In this document: positions 61,045-64,000 of the stretch, piece by piece
How the letters are laid out: the number at the start of each line of letters is the position of its first letter
Position numbering within the stretch: position 1 is the first letter of the stretch
NCBI GenBank assembly: GCA_963828465.1
Contig: CAWHEU010000025.1
Location: 96,001-160,000 of the forward strand
From: an uncultured Acidobacteriota bacterium
GTDB taxonomy: Bacteria > Actinomycetota > Acidimicrobiia > Spongiisociales > ZC4RG35
Direction: 5' to 3'
DNA length: 64,000 nucleotides
Made by a program: the position numbers and the translations under genes
Notes under the pieces: model-generated
The model's input: only the letters and a program-made list of their open reading frames with translations
Databases searched by the model: none
Told to the model about the DNA's origin: nothing

Positions 61045-61506
61045 CTACGACCGGTCGTCGGTCTCGGCGTCGACGATCTCGTATTGCAGGACTTCCTGCG
61101 ACTCCCAATCCGGGCGCACGCGGCGGTTGCCGGTGAGCACATTGGCGCGACCCGACAGCCTTTTCGTGATGTTGCGGTAGACCATGTCCCTCACAGCCGG
61201 GATCAGGAGCAGGAAGCCGAGAGTGTCGGTGATGAATCCCGGTGAGATCAGAAAGGCGCCGGACACGAGGATGGCGGCCCCGTCACTCAGCTCACGCCCC
61301 GGGAGCACCCCCTGGTTCACCTTGCCCCGGAACCGACCCCATACCGAGACCCCGGCGCGACGGACCAGGACGGATCCCAGCACCGCTGTGACCAGGGCAA
61401 TGCCGAGGGCCCAGCCGAACCCGATCATCGATCCGACCCAGATGAATGCCGCCATCTCGGCAAGGGCCACGACAGTGAAGAGAAACACCAACCGCATCGA
61501 CACCAA
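61045..61506 (-). CDS. fxsA: FxsA family membrane protein
   Basis: LISPGFITDTLGFLLLIP. Confidence 0.88.
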   Translation of the reverse strand: MVSMRLVFLFTVVALAEMAAFIWVGSMIGFGWALGIALVTAVLGSVLVRRAGVSVWGRFRGKVNQGVLPGRELSDGAAILVSGAFLISPGFITDTLGFLLLIPAVRDMVYRNITKRLSGRANVLTGNRRVRPDWESQEVLQYEIVDAETDDRS

Positions 61507-61534
61507 CGCTACCGGCGGCCGCGACTAACGACTC

Positions 61535-62827
61535 TCAATCGCCCCAGAACACCGACGGATTCAAAGTTCGATCCGGATCGAGCGCTTCCTTGACACGGCG
61601 CTGCAACTCCAGGACTGCAGGCTCTGTGGTCCGCCGCCACCAATCGGCCTTGGCGACGCCGATCCCGTGCTCGCTGGCAATGACGCCATCGAAGGCGACG
61701 ACGAGCTCCAGCACACGGTCGACCACCTCCTCGGGATCATGACTGCCAACGACATTCACGTGGAAGTTCCCTTCCGCCAGGTGCCCGAATAGGTAGGTCT
61801 GCCCTCCGAGGTCCAGGTGTTCAACCGCAATGGCGAAGTCGTCGACCCGATCGAGCGGGACCGCCACGTCGAGCTTGACCGGGATCCCCAGACCGTTGAG
61901 CGTCTCAGTAATCGACTCCCGGTAAGCCCAAAGCGTGCGATCCACGACCGCGACGGCATTCTCAGGAACAGGAGGAGGATCTCCGGATTCGATGAGAACG
62001 TAGAAAGGAGCTTCAGAAGTGAGGGGTTTGGGGAGGCCACGATGTTCGATCACTGCCTCCAGACAGGCCCTGTCGAAGAACTCGATCGCACGGACCTCGG
62101 GGCCAAGGAAGCCGAGACCCTCGCCGAGCGTCTTCAGGGCCACGAGCACCACCATCGGCGCCCCCGCCTCACCTGGCTGAAGTCTCAGCGTCGCCGCCGT
62201 GATGACACCGAGGGTCCCTTCACTGCCGACCATCATCTGTAGAGGATCGGGGCCGAGGCTCGCTTTGGGCATCCCGTCGAGGCCGGACAGAAGAGTCCCG
62301 TCGGCCAAGACCACTTCCAGGCCCAGCACTTGACGACGGGTGTCCCCGTTGGACACGACATGTGTGCCCCCGGCATTGGTGGCAATTGTCCCTCCGATCG
62401 TGGCCGAGTCACGGGAGGCGAGATCGACCCCGTACCGGAGCCCGGCCCGACGAGCGTGCTCCTGGACGGATCCGATCGTGACTCCCGCCCCGACCGTCAC
62501 CGAGAGCTTCCCGGCGTCAATAGGCCCTATCTGGTCGAGACGTCGCAGCGAGAGCACGATCTCGCCGTGGTGAGGCACCGAGCCCCCGACCAGACCGGTA
62601 TTCCCGCCCTGGGGCACCACCGCCATCCGGGCGCTGTGACAGATCCGGAGCAACGCCTGGACATCTTCAACGGAACCTGGCCTTATCACTGCGGCGGTGT
62701 GGCCCGTCCACCGACCGGTCCAGTCACGGACATAGCCGACCACCATGTCGGGCTCAGTCAGGACATGAGCCTCGCCCACGACCTCGCGGAGCGCCCTGAG
62801 GACGGCCTCTTCGCTCCCGAACGTCAT
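61535..62827 (-). CDS. FAD-binding oxidoreductase (GlcD/D-2-hydroxyacid dehydrogenase family)
   Basis: PQGGNTGLVGG, ATNAGG, GSEGTLG, GHLAEGNFH, EHGIG. Confidence 0.9.
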   Translation of the reverse strand: MTFGSEEAVLRALREVVGEAHVLTEPDMVVGYVRDWTGRWTGHTAAVIRPGSVEDVQALLRICHSARMAVVPQGGNTGLVGGSVPHHGEIVLSLRRLDQIGPIDAGKLSVTVGAGVTIGSVQEHARRAGLRYGVDLASRDSATIGGTIATNAGGTHVVSNGDTRRQVLGLEVVLADGTLLSGLDGMPKASLGPDPLQMMVGSEGTLGVITAATLRLQPGEAGAPMVVLVALKTLGEGLGFLGPEVRAIEFFDRACLEAVIEHRGLPKPLTSEAPFYVLIESGDPPPVPENAVAVVDRTLWAYRESITETLNGLGIPVKLDVAVPLDRVDDFAIAVEHLDLGGQTYLFGHLAEGNFHVNVVGSHDPEEVVDRVLELVVAFDGVIASEHGIGVAKADWWRRTTEPAVLELQRRVKEALDPDRTLNPSVFWGD

Positions 62828-62909
62828 CGAGCGACTCTATGCAGCGCGGCTTCCTGCTCTCCGCCGGTTCCCAAAATGTGCATTCGCATTAGGTTGGAGA
62901 GTCACAACC

Positions 62910-64000
62910 ATGCCGATGACCGAGTTTCACTACGAGCCGCTGTCTTATCTCGATGCGTCATTCCTGGCGCTGGAGACCAAGACCAGCCACATGCATGTCG
63001 CCGGGGTGGCGCTCCTCGATGCCGCCCCGCTGAAGGGCGAGGACGGTGGCATCGACATCGCCCGTATCCGTGCCCATGTCGAGTCGAAATTGCGCTACAT
63101 ACCGCGCTACCGACAACGACTCGACTGGGTTCCATTCGACAGGCGACCGGTCTGGGTGGACGACGAGCATTTTTCCATTGACTACCACCTCCGCCACAGC
63201 TCACTCCCCCGCCCAGGAACCGAGAGCCAGCTCAAACAACTAGCCGGGCGAATCGTCTCCACCCCGCTCGACAGGAGCAAGCCACTCTGGGAGCTCTGGG
63301 TCGTCGAGGGGCTCGACGACGATCGGTTCGCCCTGATCGCCAAGATCCACCACTGCATGATCGACGGCCTCTCCGGGGTGGACCTGACGACCATCCTGCT
63401 CAACGTCGTCCCCAGCTCCGAGGTCGAAGAGCCAGAAGTTTGGGTGCCACGTCCCGCCCCCACCCCCACCCAACTCTCGGTGGCCGAGGTCGCTCGTCTC
63501 ACCGGTCGCCTGGTCGACCGACTCACTCACCTGTCGGAGGCGGTGCGAGACGGCGTCATGCTCACCGATCGAACGCTCGACAAATCGGCGGCTGCCTTCT
63601 CATCCCTCCGCTCGGGCTGGCTGCGAGCCGCCGACCGCACGCCGCTCAACCCTGATATCGGTCCCAACCGGCGGTTCGACTGGACGGATACGCCTCTCGA
63701 GGCCATCAAGGATCTCAAGAACAAGCTCGGCGGCTCGGTCAACGACGTCGTGCTCGCCATCACCGCGGGCGCGGTGCGACAGTTCCTCATCGAGGAGCGT
63801 GGCTACGACGTCAGCGGCGCCGAGTTCCGGGTGATGAATCCGGTGTCGACCCGCAGCGCGGCCCAGCGAGGCGCTCTCGGCAATCAGATCGCCATGTGGC
63901 TCCTCGACCTTCCGATTCAGGAGGCCGACCCTCGGGTCCGGTTCGAGAAGGTCAGGGAGGCAACGGGCAACCTGAAGAAGACGAACCAGGCGCTGGGAGC
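62910..64000 (+). CDS. Wax ester synthase/diacylglycerol acyltransferase (WS/DGAT), truncated by the window end
   Basis: Manual translation: LSYLDASFLALE...MHVAG...LDRSKPLWE...KIHHCMIDG...SVNDVVL. Confidence 0.92.
   Translation, partial: MPMTEFHYEPLSYLDASFLALETKTSHMHVAGVALLDAAPLKGEDGGIDIARIRAHVESKLRYIPRYRQRLDWVPFDRRPVWVDDEHFSIDYHLRHSSLPRPGTESQLKQLAGRIVSTPLDRSKPLWELWVVEGLDDDRFALIAKIHHCMIDGLSGVDLTTILLNVVPSSEVEEPEVWVPRPAPTPTQLSVAEVARLTGRLVDRLTHLSEAVRDGVMLTDRTLDKSAAAFSSLRSGWLRAADRTPLNPDIGPNRRFDWTDTPLEAIKDLKNKLGGSVNDVVLAITAGAVRQFLIEERGYDVSGAEFRVMNPVSTRSAAQRGALGNQIAMWLLDLPIQEADPRVRFEKVREATGNLKKTNQALG

Overview
GC-rich actinobacterial (Acidimicrobiia-like) chromosomal window. 1-10 kb is housekeeping-type DNA: anti-sigma/ECF sigma, tatA, ClC channel, clpP, SRPBCC-ArsR, amino-acid oxidation genes and NYN-LOTUS. 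It ends in a complete tRNA-Arg(CCT) at 10033-10105. The main finding lies directly downstream. The tRNA 3' half (anticodon loop to acceptor stem) recurs in direct orientation five more times nearly perfectly (cores at 13537, 15173, 16404, 18688, 19452) and once in degenerate form (31110). The five near-perfect copies sit in a shared non-tRNA left arm of about 100 bp, truncated to about 55 bp in the 18688 copy. A fixed-spacing T(G/A)TTCATTG(G/A)C box lies upstream of all five and downstream of several. The copies delimit 0.76-3.5 kb units carrying 1-4 unrelated cargo genes, with no integrase in the units or elsewhere in the window. This looks like an integron-like, tRNA-anchored cassette array mobilised in trans (inference). 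19.5-42.6 kb is older accessory DNA with small genes, gene remnants and an ISL3 relic. 42.7-59.4 kb is a quinate/shikimate-related catabolic and transport cluster with unusual enzymes, followed by aroKB, an AlkZ-like gene, GNAT, fxsA, an FAD oxidoreductase and a wax-ester synthase. Several 1-bp frameshifts may be sequencing errors.
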